DNA of 64,000 nt from a virus, in IMG/VR virus record IMGVR_UViG_3300009182_000039, positions 24,912-88,911 of that record; one strand, 5' to 3'. Positions 18,948 through 27,942 of this stretch are shown piece after piece. Made by a program: the position numbers and the translations under genes. Numbering within the stretch: the first letter of the stretch is position 1; the number at the start of each line of letters is the position of its first letter. Under the pieces are notes generated by a model. The model saw only the letters and a program-made list of their open reading frames with translations. It did no database searches and was not told the origin of the DNA.

Positions 18948-20000
18948 ATGGACTTTACACCTGGAAAACCAATCAGAACTTATGACGAAAATGGATCATG
19001 GAGAGATTGGAGTACCGACGAATTAGTTGGCGCTAAATTAAATTATTTGCCAGGATGGAAGTGTGGTGCTGGTGTCGATAGTCTGTATATCGACATGGAC
19101 GGTGGTGTGTGGACTGCTAGTTGTCGGGTAGGCGGCAAATTAGGCAATGTATGGGAAAAATTTAAAAGTCCTGAAGATTGGATTAACTGTACAAGAAATG
19201 TCTGTAGCTGCGGAGCTGACCTTTTTATTCCCAAAGTAAGTAAAATAGAATTTAAAAATTTACTTCGCAAAGGTCAAAATTTATCTCCCCAGAATGATTT
19301 GCGTGACAACGAGCAAACAGAGTTTATTGCGTTGGAAAGGACCCACGCTAGTACACAAAAACAAGTTTATTGGGAAATTGGTCGTAGATGTAACTACGAC
19401 TGCGGCTATTGTTGGCCTTGGATACATAATAACACAGATCCACATAAAACATTAGAAGAACTAATGAAAGCTACACATAATATTGAAGAAAATTTTACAC
19501 AAGGTGAAAGTGTAAACTTTATTATTAGTGGCGGTGAGCCTACTGTAAACAAACACTTTTTAGAGTGGTTGCGTTACTTGAATAGTTGCGGGCATCATGT
19601 TAGTTTACATAGTAATGGTTCTAGACTGCCTGAATATTACAAAGAAATTATTCATTTTGGAGATTTAAATTTAAGCGTACACTTTGAATTTTACGACAAG
19701 GAAAAATTTTTAAAAGTAGTAGAAGCTGTTACTGCTGAAAAAGTTGCTAATAAAAACCGAGGAGTTGGGCATCTAGAAATTAAGTTTATGATGCCTCCGC
19801 ATAATCGTGAAGAAGCATTAGAATTAGAAGCAGAACTTAAAAATATTCCTGAATTTATCAACTACTGTACTTGGGCTATCGTGCCTATTCGTGGTAGTTT
19901 AGATAATAATAAGATTACTGATATGACTCGTGGTGCTGGCAGCGAAATTATGACGGGATATACTAAAGAAGATTATTTGTTATTTGGCGACCGTAAGTAA
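18948..20000 (+). CDS. Radical SAM protein with an N-terminal SPASM/twitch-like Cys domain; start moved to the ATG at 18948
   Basis: CGAG...ASC...C...CSC precedes CNYDCGYC and GGEPT. Confidence 0.85.
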   Translation: MDFTPGKPIRTYDENGSWRDWSTDELVGAKLNYLPGWKCGAGVDSLYIDMDGGVWTASCRVGGKLGNVWEKFKSPEDWINCTRNVCSCGADLFIPKVSKIEFKNLLRKGQNLSPQNDLRDNEQTEFIALERTHASTQKQVYWEIGRRCNYDCGYCWPWIHNNTDPHKTLEELMKATHNIEENFTQGESVNFIISGGEPTVNKHFLEWLRYLNSCGHHVSLHSNGSRLPEYYKEIIHFGDLNLSVHFEFYDKEKFLKVVEAVTAEKVANKNRGVGHLEIKFMMPPHNREEALELEAELKNIPEFINYCTWAIVPIRGSLDNNKITDMTRGAGSEIMTGYTKEDYLLFGDRK

Positions 20001-21371
20001 TTTACATTCGTTATAAAAATCAACCATTTCAGGAAATGTAGCAGCAAAATTTAAATTTCTTCTTGCTGTAAGTTTATCAATATTTTCCGCAAACTCTTTC
20101 TTAGCTTGATCATTTTTATCAGGATTTAGAATACCATTTTTAATTGTTTTAAGAAATTCTACATAAGCTGGCCATGGTCCGTATGGCGAATATTTAGAAT
20201 GATCGTTAATTGCGACCATTTCTTTCTTTAATATTTCGATGCTTTCATCAATGTATCTGGCATACTCGGGCGGCAAGATATAAGGATCTAACCATTGCGG
20301 ATAAACAATTTGGTTGGGTCTAAGATGAACCCTGCGTCCTGTCTTTTTCTGTAGTTCAATGACAAATTTAAAAAAGTTAGGTAAATCACTAATACACAAT
20401 GCGTTTAACGCTATTTGAAAATTAAAAATAACTCTAAATTGTGCTGGGTCGTGTTCTTGTAAAAATACTAAAAACTTATCTATGTTAGCTGTCATTAATT
20501 GCCAATCGGTGCCGGTCCTAATAAATTCAGCACGATCGCCAATTGCTTCACAACTAACATTAAAATCTAATTTCAATTGCTTTGAACTTGCAATCTTCTT
20601 GACTGTATCTAGAAATCTATTGTAAAATTTAATTGGCGTATTAAAATTACTTACAATGCTTATGTTACGCCAATAGTCGGTTGTATTTGTGTTATAAAAA
20701 TCTATTATTCTGTTGCTATACAAATAAAATTTTTCAATAATTAGTGGTTCACCACCGATAAAGTTAATTGCCGATGCGGTTGGCCCGGCACTATTGTCAA
20801 ACCATGCCCACCATAAATCTTCATAAACAGTATCTGTAATTTTTGGAAGCTCGCGTTCAACGTCTTGTATACGAATTTCGCCATATTTTAAATTTTCGGC
20901 TGCCCATTGACTACTATAATGATGATGGCAGTACATACATTTTAAATCACATGTATTACCTAAAGAAATTTCTATCATCCTAACAGATTCTAAATTTACG
21001 AGAGTGTCTATTTCTTCAGGGGTAAGAGATTTTAATTTTTCTTTTAACTGTTCTTTAGATAAGCCAGGCCATACTTGATTTTTATTTACAAAATTAACAA
21101 AACTATCCATTCGCGACCGTGGACCACGACCGCCGCTTGCTTCAATACTCCAACAAGAATTGCAATCCTTATGTTGTACTCCTGTAAGTAAACTACGTCT
21201 AACATCTACTATTGGAATAAATTTATTGAATAATTCTATCCCTGTTTTAAAATCTTCTTCTGCTAATGTATTCGATCTGGCTCTACAACAATACCGTAAC
21301 TCGTTTCGAGATAGATTTAATACAGGATAGTCCCAAGCAAAAATACAAATAGTATCTTCAATATTATTCAT
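19980..21371 (-). CDS. Radical SAM protein with an N-terminal twitch-like domain
   Basis: CIFAW...CC...CNSCW then NTCDLKCMYC and GGEPL. Confidence 0.85.
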   Translation of the reverse strand: MNNIEDTICIFAWDYPVLNLSRNELRYCCRARSNTLAEEDFKTGIELFNKFIPIVDVRRSLLTGVQHKDCNSCWSIEASGGRGPRSRMDSFVNFVNKNQVWPGLSKEQLKEKLKSLTPEEIDTLVNLESVRMIEISLGNTCDLKCMYCHHHYSSQWAAENLKYGEIRIQDVERELPKITDTVYEDLWWAWFDNSAGPTASAINFIGGEPLIIEKFYLYSNRIIDFYNTNTTDYWRNISIVSNFNTPIKFYNRFLDTVKKIASSKQLKLDFNVSCEAIGDRAEFIRTGTDWQLMTANIDKFLVFLQEHDPAQFRVIFNFQIALNALCISDLPNFFKFVIELQKKTGRRVHLRPNQIVYPQWLDPYILPPEYARYIDESIEILKKEMVAINDHSKYSPYGPWPAYVEFLKTIKNGILNPDKNDQAKKEFAENIDKLTARRNLNFAATFPEMVDFYNECKLLTVAK

Positions 21372-22090
21372 TGTGTTAATTTTGTTATAAAATTCTTTAC
21401 TTCTTCGGCATTAATTATAAATTGATAAGTATCAACTGGAAGCTGTTTCTGTACCGTTACATCTAGAATACTTATAGGCATCTGTAATATCTTAGACAAA
21501 TCTTCTATTGCTGTTTCATAATGAATCACTGGTAAATTTGTTAAATTAAATATTCTTAATATACCGTCAAATCCTTTCAAATTCATGTACGCCCAATAAA
21601 TTGTTCTGAATCCCTCTCCATCGATCATCACCGAAGAATTTAGTATACCGTTTCCGTAAAAACTATTCCAATTGTGTGTTTTATGTGCTACAGCATGACT
21701 TAATAGTTGTTTTTTTATATCATTTCGTTTAAGTATCATAAATTCAAAACCACAATCATGTAATACTTTTAATATTTTATCTAAATGGGGTAACAAATAA
21801 TCGTAAGGAAATAATTTAACTACAAGAGGTTGTTCTGGATCACCTTCCATAAGAACAGATATTACATTGTTTATACGATCAGTTAACAACAGATTTCCGT
21901 CTACCTGCTCAGAGTGTTGTATGGCTTTATCATTAGTTAATATGGGTTTGTAAGGTTGATTCTCAGTAAATGGTTCAAGCATATCATAAACATGACAGTT
22001 TACATATTGTTTAATTGTTCCTGCAATAATTTGTGCTACGTATTGACTGCCAGACCGAGGGGTTCCTATAATACACCATCGATTATTCAT
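21368..22090 (-). CDS. Sulfotransferase-like (Stf0/P-loop) protein; ATG at 22090 preferred as start
   Basis: IGTPRSGSQY 5'-PSB-like loop; LKR...QLLS; IHYE. Confidence 0.65.
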   Translation of the reverse strand: MNNRWCIIGTPRSGSQYVAQIIAGTIKQYVNCHVYDMLEPFTENQPYKPILTNDKAIQHSEQVDGNLLLTDRINNVISVLMEGDPEQPLVVKLFPYDYLLPHLDKILKVLHDCGFEFMILKRNDIKKQLLSHAVAHKTHNWNSFYGNGILNSSVMIDGEGFRTIYWAYMNLKGFDGILRIFNLTNLPVIHYETAIEDLSKILQMPISILDVTVQKQLPVDTYQFIINAEEVKNFITKLTQ

Positions 22091-23039
22091 CAACAAATTC
22101 CTTTGTGCTCATAATATCAAAATTGCAATGGCACATTTTTTTAGTACACCGCACAGGTTGTGTAGGTAAACTTAAATCTGGGTCAACAATATTACCTAGC
22201 AAGCCGCCTTCTTTACACCAACCTCGAAAGATGGCTCCGCGTTGATCCACAATTAATTGTTCGACGCCAGCATAACAATCCCACCCTGACCAGTCATTTG
22301 CTTTTTCATTGATAAACCTATGGGCACTTGCTACCAAAGAAGTATCATTTGGATACAACATTTTCATAGCGCCTCTGTAATAATCAAATGACTTATCAAA
22401 TTTTATATATTTGCTAATTAATTCGTGCTGGCGATCGATAATTTGTTTTTGTTCTGGTGTGTAGTCATATAACACTTCGCCAAAATCGTGTATTAGAGGC
22501 TGGAGGGCCATGGAAATGTTACCAAGAAGTTTTATTTTGTCTGCTATTTCATAGCAGTAGTCAAATTTTTCAGGACTCATCATAATATTAACATGAGTTC
22601 TTACAGTCTTGTTCAATATTTTTACAACTTCAATGAAATGTTCTGAATCTCCAAATTCTGGATGGAAACTTAAACATACATGATCAAAATACTGTTTGTT
22701 TTCTTCCCAATATCTTAAAGTTCTGGATCCGTTAGAAATTAAACCTACTCTAACTCCTTGTTCTGTACAAAACTGACAAATATCAATAAAATGTTTGTAC
22801 AATGTAACTTCGCCGCCAGTAAATTCAAAATAAAGTTTTTTATTGGGGTGTGTTTCTTTAACTTTTAAGATAAAATTTTTAATAGTCTCTGGAGTCGGCC
22901 ACGGATTAGACCCATCGTGTAAATTTGCTGGACAATAACTGCAGCTAAAATTACAAGTATTACCCAAACACCAGTTAACTACAAACCAGTCTGTATTAGT
23001 TTCTTGAGCGTGCACTAATTTAAAATATTTTTTCTTCAT
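22083..23039 (-). CDS. Radical SAM protein with a C-terminal SPASM/twitch-like domain
   Basis: CNFSCSYC, TGGEVT, then CYAG...GWC...C...CHC. Confidence 0.85.
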   Translation of the reverse strand: MKKKYFKLVHAQETNTDWFVVNWCLGNTCNFSCSYCPANLHDGSNPWPTPETIKNFILKVKETHPNKKLYFEFTGGEVTLYKHFIDICQFCTEQGVRVGLISNGSRTLRYWEENKQYFDHVCLSFHPEFGDSEHFIEVVKILNKTVRTHVNIMMSPEKFDYCYEIADKIKLLGNISMALQPLIHDFGEVLYDYTPEQKQIIDRQHELISKYIKFDKSFDYYRGAMKMLYPNDTSLVASAHRFINEKANDWSGWDCYAGVEQLIVDQRGAIFRGWCKEGGLLGNIVDPDLSLPTQPVRCTKKMCHCNFDIMSTKEFVDE

Positions 23040-23047
23040 TATAATTT

Positions 23048-23590
23048 TTATTTAATTCCGATTAACATATATCTGGTAAATTTCCATTCTGGATACACAA
23101 AGCGTAATTCGCCTCGGTAAACAATTTCCGACAACGGATAATGATTTGCAAAATCGGATATAGTTGTAGAATGTACAACATGGTCATCGTGCGGCATATT
23201 ATTGCCTTGTAGTATAACTCTAGTACCTTTAGGGATACAGTCAAACCATTCCATGCTTTCAAAATGTTCTGTACTAGTATTTATAATTAAATCTGGTGTG
23301 CCCTTTACACCTTGATTACAATCTAATGTAAAGGCTTTGAACTGCCATTCTTTAATTACCCAATTTTCATTAATCACATCAGCAATCGCTTCGCATGACG
23401 GATCAATGTCAAAACTTTCTATACGGTCAACTTTAAATCGTTCTCTACTAAGCAATAAAAATCCTAATACACCGTACCACCCACCGTAGATATGTGTTAG
23501 TTCACTAGTCCAGCCGAGTTTTTCTAATTCTTGGCACAACCAAAGTTTGCTATCAATTTGTCCATTAGAAAACGCATCTTTATTGAACAT
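23048..23590 (-). CDS. Class I SAM-dependent methyltransferase-like protein; ATG at 23590
   Basis: IYGGWYG motif I, SFDIDP, DLIINTSTEH; TAATG coupling. Confidence 0.7.
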   Translation of the reverse strand: MFNKDAFSNGQIDSKLWLCQELEKLGWTSELTHIYGGWYGVLGFLLLSRERFKVDRIESFDIDPSCEAIADVINENWVIKEWQFKAFTLDCNQGVKGTPDLIINTSTEHFESMEWFDCIPKGTRVILQGNNMPHDDHVVHSTTISDFANHYPLSEIVYRGELRFVYPEWKFTRYMLIGIK

Positions 23591-24528
23591 TACCACCCCT
23601 CTAACTGACGGATAACATCAATTTCTCGAACCATAATACCTTTATTATGCCAGTCGTTTCGATAATGTGCTTTAAAAAATTTACTTGCTGTTTCATCTAA
23701 CATGGTAATAGGTAAGTCTAACTGAGTCAATAAATCTGCGGCTATTCTGCCGGCAATTTGTTCTGGATTGTGTCCGTCGATGGTGTCGTATATTGTTTTA
23801 AGCGCATCAAAGTTTTGAACTTCTTTGTAATCCCAAGTAGGATTAAGCATTAACATATAAGTACCCATTCGTGCGCCTAATATAGCCCAAACCCCATTTT
23901 CTACATCACGGCCAACATTTTGCCAGATGGTTAAATGATCAAGATTTCGACTGTTCACTTTATTTTTAAATTCTGTAACACTTGGTTTAACTCCGCGGTT
24001 TAAACACATCTTTACGCCTTCTCTAAATCCCGACCGCCATGCTTGATAGGGAGTAGCATTAGGATAAGTGGTACTATAACAATCGTACATAGCAATATAG
24101 TTAGGATAGAAACAAAACTCTACATCATTTGCCGCTGTGCCATCGCTGTTTTCGTGAGTTTTCATATTGTAAATAAAATCTTTAGTCCAACAACTTAGTC
24201 CGCCATTGCCATACATTAATCCGTTAATGATATTACGAGCTCGCCACCGGAAAACGCAATCTTTATCGTTATCATCGATAGAAAGAGCAAGGTCAAAAAA
24301 GTTATCGTCAGGAACATTGTCGCCATCGATCAATACAAATCGATCTGTAATAGCAGCATCGGCGGCGGCTTTATGTGCTGCATCTGAACCTTTAACTCCG
24401 TCAACACGCATTGCCCAAGGCACCATATTTTTAATTTTAACCCAATTTTCTTCTTTATTGGGTTCATCATATGTCAAGTATATGCAGTCTAATTCTGCTA
24501 TATCTATTTTGTTCACCTTAAACTCCAT
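23590..24528 (-). CDS. GT-A glycosyltransferase-like protein
   Basis: FVLIDGDN DxD motif; YGNGG. Confidence 0.55.
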   Translation of the reverse strand: MEFKVNKIDIAELDCIYLTYDEPNKEENWVKIKNMVPWAMRVDGVKGSDAAHKAAADAAITDRFVLIDGDNVPDDNFFDLALSIDDNDKDCVFRWRARNIINGLMYGNGGLSCWTKDFIYNMKTHENSDGTAANDVEFCFYPNYIAMYDCYSTTYPNATPYQAWRSGFREGVKMCLNRGVKPSVTEFKNKVNSRNLDHLTIWQNVGRDVENGVWAILGARMGTYMLMLNPTWDYKEVQNFDALKTIYDTIDGHNPEQIAGRIAADLLTQLDLPITMLDETASKFFKAHYRNDWHNKGIMVREIDVIRQLEGW

Positions 24529-24830
24529 TTAATATTTGGTTCCGTTTTTTTAACTACTATACTGACATCGGTGGGATGACACGGAATACCAGTTTTGGCA
24601 GGGTACAATCTTTTTACTATCGATGTATCGAGCACAACTATGTTATTATCAACTACTCTTATGTGTGTAGGAGGATTAACATATACTTCTCTAGTAATGT
24701 CTATATAATTACCTGGCAAATCCTCTTGGCTATAAAAAAGTGGCTGGCCTTGATCATCATAATACAGCCTATATAGAATAGGTTTTGGTTCTGCGGGTGT
24801 TAATGCCGCCCAAAATTCTTGTTCATTCAT
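24513..24830 (-). CDS. Hypothetical protein
   Basis: ORF overlapping both neighbours in the operon. Confidence 0.55.
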   Translation of the reverse strand: MNEQEFWAALTPAEPKPILYRLYYDDQGQPLFYSQEDLPGNYIDITREVYVNPPTHIRVVDNNIVVLDTSIVKRLYPAKTGIPCHPTDVSIVVKKTEPNIKWSLR

Positions 24831-25110
24831 CGTGTAAGCCGTGATGTGGTCGGTCGATATCTTGGAATAAGCGTTTTTCCTGTGCTGTTAGTTTATCTTT
24901 TCCTTTGGCCGTTTCGTTATGCCGAGGATTAGAGCACATAGGACAATGCGGGATGCCGCAATCCATAGCATGATGTTTAGCCAAGCGATGCGGTTCCTCG
25001 ATTGGTTTAGTAAGCCCATGAGACTTAGCAATTCTTAATTGTTTTTTAATTGCGGTCCAGGCTTTGTGTAAACGCTTACTATGTTTAATCTTATCTTCAT
25101 CTTTACTCAT
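24823..25110 (-). CDS. Small basic protein with a CGIPHCPMC putative Zn-binding motif
   Basis: K/H-rich; C-x4-C-x2-C. Confidence 0.55.
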   Translation of the reverse strand: MSKDEDKIKHSKRLHKAWTAIKKQLRIAKSHGLTKPIEEPHRLAKHHAMDCGIPHCPMCSNPRHNETAKGKDKLTAQEKRLFQDIDRPHHGLHDE

Positions 25111-25825
25111 TTACTAGATCCTTTATATGATAATGTACTAAACCCCACTGTGCTACTGTGTTAATTCTAACTCCAGGATTAGTATGTTCGCATACTAATT
25201 CCCTACTCCAATCTTCTGAAATAATAGGTATCATATGTTTTTTCATATGAACTATAGTCGGCCCTGCTGGTAAGGTAACTTGTTCAACGCCTATAATAAC
25301 TGAAGCTAATCCATAAACTACATCAGTAGTAGGTATTTCGTCTGGGAATTTTAATAATGTTTTATAACTTTTCCAATTTTCAAATATATTACGAACCAAT
25401 GTAAAAAATTCTTTAGCTAAGTCACTCGCTTCCCAATATGTGATGGCATTGTAAACATCCGGCAAGTTATTGTTATCAAATATTTTACGATAGACCCTTG
25501 ATTTACCAGGTTGATCATAAAAATCTCTACACCCTTGGCTGATGACTACATTGCGATTGGAAAATAATTCCCACCAATGATCGATAGGACTAGCGCACCA
25601 CATATCAGCTTCTAACTTAATAGTTTTTTTATAAGGGCTTGCCTCGTAACATTGCCAGTCATTGGCAAAACCTTTAAGTTTTCCATAGGGCAACATATCT
25701 TCTGTTAAAATTGTAATATTAGCACTAGGATGCCACGCTAATATACTATCCGCTAATTGTTTAGCACATTTAACATAGACATCGCCTATAGCTGGAATTA
25801 AATAACCTTGATCAACTAGCAACAA
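25103..25825 (-). CDS. Glycosyltransferase-like (GT8-like) protein
   Basis: SPYKKTIKLEAD (ExD variant of DxD), HMK; resembles 25812..26606. Confidence 0.55.
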   Translation of the reverse strand: MLLVDQGYLIPAIGDVYVKCAKQLADSILAWHPSANITILTEDMLPYGKLKGFANDWQCYEASPYKKTIKLEADMWCASPIDHWWELFSNRNVVISQGCRDFYDQPGKSRVYRKIFDNNNLPDVYNAITYWEASDLAKEFFTLVRNIFENWKSYKTLLKFPDEIPTTDVVYGLASVIIGVEQVTLPAGPTIVHMKKHMIPIISEDWSRELVCEHTNPGVRINTVAQWGLVHYHIKDLVNE

Positions 25826-26606
25826 TATCTCCTAAATGCTTTTTACCCATGGCATGAAAATCTTGTGCCAAAGTTATATAGCGTGGTTTTAGATCAGGAG
25901 TTAAAAAATCTACGCGATAGTTATCTTCGCTAACTTTTGTTAATTTATGTGCCGGAGTAACTGATGCTAAACCCCAAGGAATATCAGTGTAATTAAGTAT
26001 GTGTCCGTTAACAATGCCTAACGCTATACTTAACGCAAAATCGTTGCGATATGTTGGTCTATTAACACCATATAAATTTTTAAAGTGTTGCCAATTATTT
26101 TTTATCATAGCCATACAATCAAAAATCATTTTAGCTTCTGTAGAACGTCTAAACATCATTACAGTTGCCCACCACATAGGCATATTATAATTTCCAAAAT
26201 TGTTAAGCTCGTCAAAATTATCTTGCTTGACTACATCGTACGCTGTTTTGTGTGCTACAAAATTTTCTTTTATATTTAAAATTTTTTTTAATTCGCTACT
26301 GGCTACAACATAATCAGCATCTAACACCAAAGTTTGACCCCACGGCGTTAACTCATATGCGTTAACTCGATTGCCGTTATACCATGTTACATTTTCTGCT
26401 TGATCTTCAAATTTTCTAGAATAGTTGCCTTCGGGAATAGCCGGGATTACCTGTTCAAAAAAATAGTTATGAGGAATTGTTTGATCTGTTACTACTGCTA
26501 CTGGTAATTGTAAATGTCTGCGGATATTTTTAGCTGACCAATTAGCCATGGCAAGATAATCTATATGTTCATTATTAAAAGCAAATATTAATACACCAGT
26601 TGTCAT
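25812..26606 (-). CDS. Glycosyltransferase-like (GT8-like) protein
   Basis: TPWGQTLVLDADY DxD, RND, H-x-MGK. Confidence 0.65.
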   Translation of the reverse strand: MTTGVLIFAFNNEHIDYLAMANWSAKNIRRHLQLPVAVVTDQTIPHNYFFEQVIPAIPEGNYSRKFEDQAENVTWYNGNRVNAYELTPWGQTLVLDADYVVASSELKKILNIKENFVAHKTAYDVVKQDNFDELNNFGNYNMPMWWATVMMFRRSTEAKMIFDCMAMIKNNWQHFKNLYGVNRPTYRNDFALSIALGIVNGHILNYTDIPWGLASVTPAHKLTKVSEDNYRVDFLTPDLKPRYITLAQDFHAMGKKHLGDIVAS

Positions 26607-26911
26607 CTATTTTTGCTAAGTTGTTCGTGTTCTTCAAACCATAACTTCATAGTTTCTTGCCAGCGGGTTTTTGCTAAATTTAATAATTCTTTATAATCAA
26701 CTATAACTGGAGTTTCATACAAATCAAATAAGTATAATACTTGTTGACCTTCTGATGCTTTAAGTATGTTAATCAATTCGGGCCCAGCTTTAAACATTCC
26801 ACCATTATAAGCAAAAATAAGTTTGCTTTGATATTTTTCTTTGAGTGTCCGTTTGGCTGCCGCATGTTCAAAACGACTACGGCCGTGAGCAACTAAATTA
26901 TCAGTATCCAT
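26603..26911 (-). CDS. Hypothetical protein
   Basis: First ORF after the sigma70-like promoter; ATGA-coupled to the GT-like gene. Confidence 0.55.
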   Translation of the reverse strand: MDTDNLVAHGRSRFEHAAAKRTLKEKYQSKLIFAYNGGMFKAGPELINILKASEGQQVLYLFDLYETPVIVDYKELLNLAKTRWQETMKLWFEEHEQLSKNR

Positions 26912-26917
26912 GTGTTT

Positions 26918-26946
26918 ATTATACTACGAAAAGGGACAAAAGTAAA
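26918..26946 (-). promoter_or_regulatory. Sigma70-like promoter TTTACT-N17-TATAAT, 6 nt before the ATG at 26911
   Basis: Perfect -10 box and 17-bp spacer. Confidence 0.55.
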
Positions 26947-26963
26947 GGGGCTATACCCCTTTT
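26944..26963. terminator. Terminator hairpin separating the structural module from the GT operon
   Basis: AAAGGGG-CTATA-CCCCTTTT. Confidence 0.7.
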
Positions 26964-26979
26964 GGTAAAAATAAAACGA

Positions 26980-27927
26980 TTAAACTACGCCAACGGTTGA
27001 CGCAACACTTGGAGTGCCCCAAGTATTTGTCAAATAGGTTGTTGCTGGTGGGAAATAGGTTACAACAGTAGCCGGCGCTGTGCCGAAAGCTATACCGGTA
27101 GTAGCAGTTCCGCCAGCAATAGCGGCGTTGATGTCATCGCCGTTACTATACCATGTTGTAACTAAAGTAAGATTAGTGGATCCATTCCATGCTGCAGTAA
27201 CTTGAACATAATTACTGGAATAAGCCGCGCCAGAATCAAATTGTTTGTAAATGATTGTAGGGCTTGATATAAGTTGAGCAAACCCTGTGCTTGTGGTTAA
27301 AATAGTCGGAGTTCCCGTACCACCAATTTTAGTAGTACCTGTATAAGTTACACCATTAATACTTTTACTAGCACCAGTACTTGACAAATAAATTGCGCCG
27401 CAGGTTGTACCAATAAAGCTATTCCATTCAGTATCAACCCCTGTACCTGTGGATGTTTTACTAAATTGAATTTTAACTGTTGCTCCAGAATTAAAGAAAT
27501 TACTTGCTGCTGTAGCATTGGCAAAGGTAACGGTATCAGTAAATGTTATTGTCCAAGACGCAGTTCCAGAGCCAGCGCCCGAAGTAGCACTGGCAGATCC
27601 AGTCCATCCAGTAAATTGTGTGCCTTGTGTTGACGCATTATACTTATTGGTATTAATGCTAGTAATATCAGTACTTAAATTATTTAAAACTGAGATTACA
27701 TTACCTGTTTGAGGATTAGTTCTTGTTGTAATACTTGTGCCTTGATGACTGGCAGCACTACTAACCGTTGTATTTAAATTTGCCCAAGAATTAGCGTTAA
27801 CTGTATCTCCAGCTGATATATTGGCAGCAACTGATTGACCGTAGCTCGCATTCCAAACAGCATTAACATTGCCATTAAAGCCATTATAATCTGATGCTTG
27901 TATCAGGCCACCGGTTACATACGTCAT
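26980..27927 (-). CDS. Virion structural protein (tail/fibre-associated)
   Basis: T/S/G/N-rich beta-type composition; last gene of the tail module. Confidence 0.6.
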   Translation of the reverse strand: MTYVTGGLIQASDYNGFNGNVNAVWNASYGQSVAANISAGDTVNANSWANLNTTVSSAASHQGTSITTRTNPQTGNVISVLNNLSTDITSINTNKYNASTQGTQFTGWTGSASATSGAGSGTASWTITFTDTVTFANATAASNFFNSGATVKIQFSKTSTGTGVDTEWNSFIGTTCGAIYLSSTGASKSINGVTYTGTTKIGGTGTPTILTTSTGFAQLISSPTIIYKQFDSGAAYSSNYVQVTAAWNGSTNLTLVTTWYSNGDDINAAIAGGTATTGIAFGTAPATVVTYFPPATTYLTNTWGTPSVASTVGVV

Positions 27928-27942
27928 TGTTGTTCCTAATTT

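Noticed and set aside
1-23600. Classical RiPP cluster (lasso peptide or ranthipeptide)
   Set aside because: No precursor peptide, RRE/PqqD domain, leader peptidase or exporter recognised; intergenic gaps are very small
1-26911. Bacterial chromosomal DNA flanking a prophage
   Set aside because: No housekeeping genes, integrase or att site; phage late-promoter motifs and tight gene overlaps continue through the block
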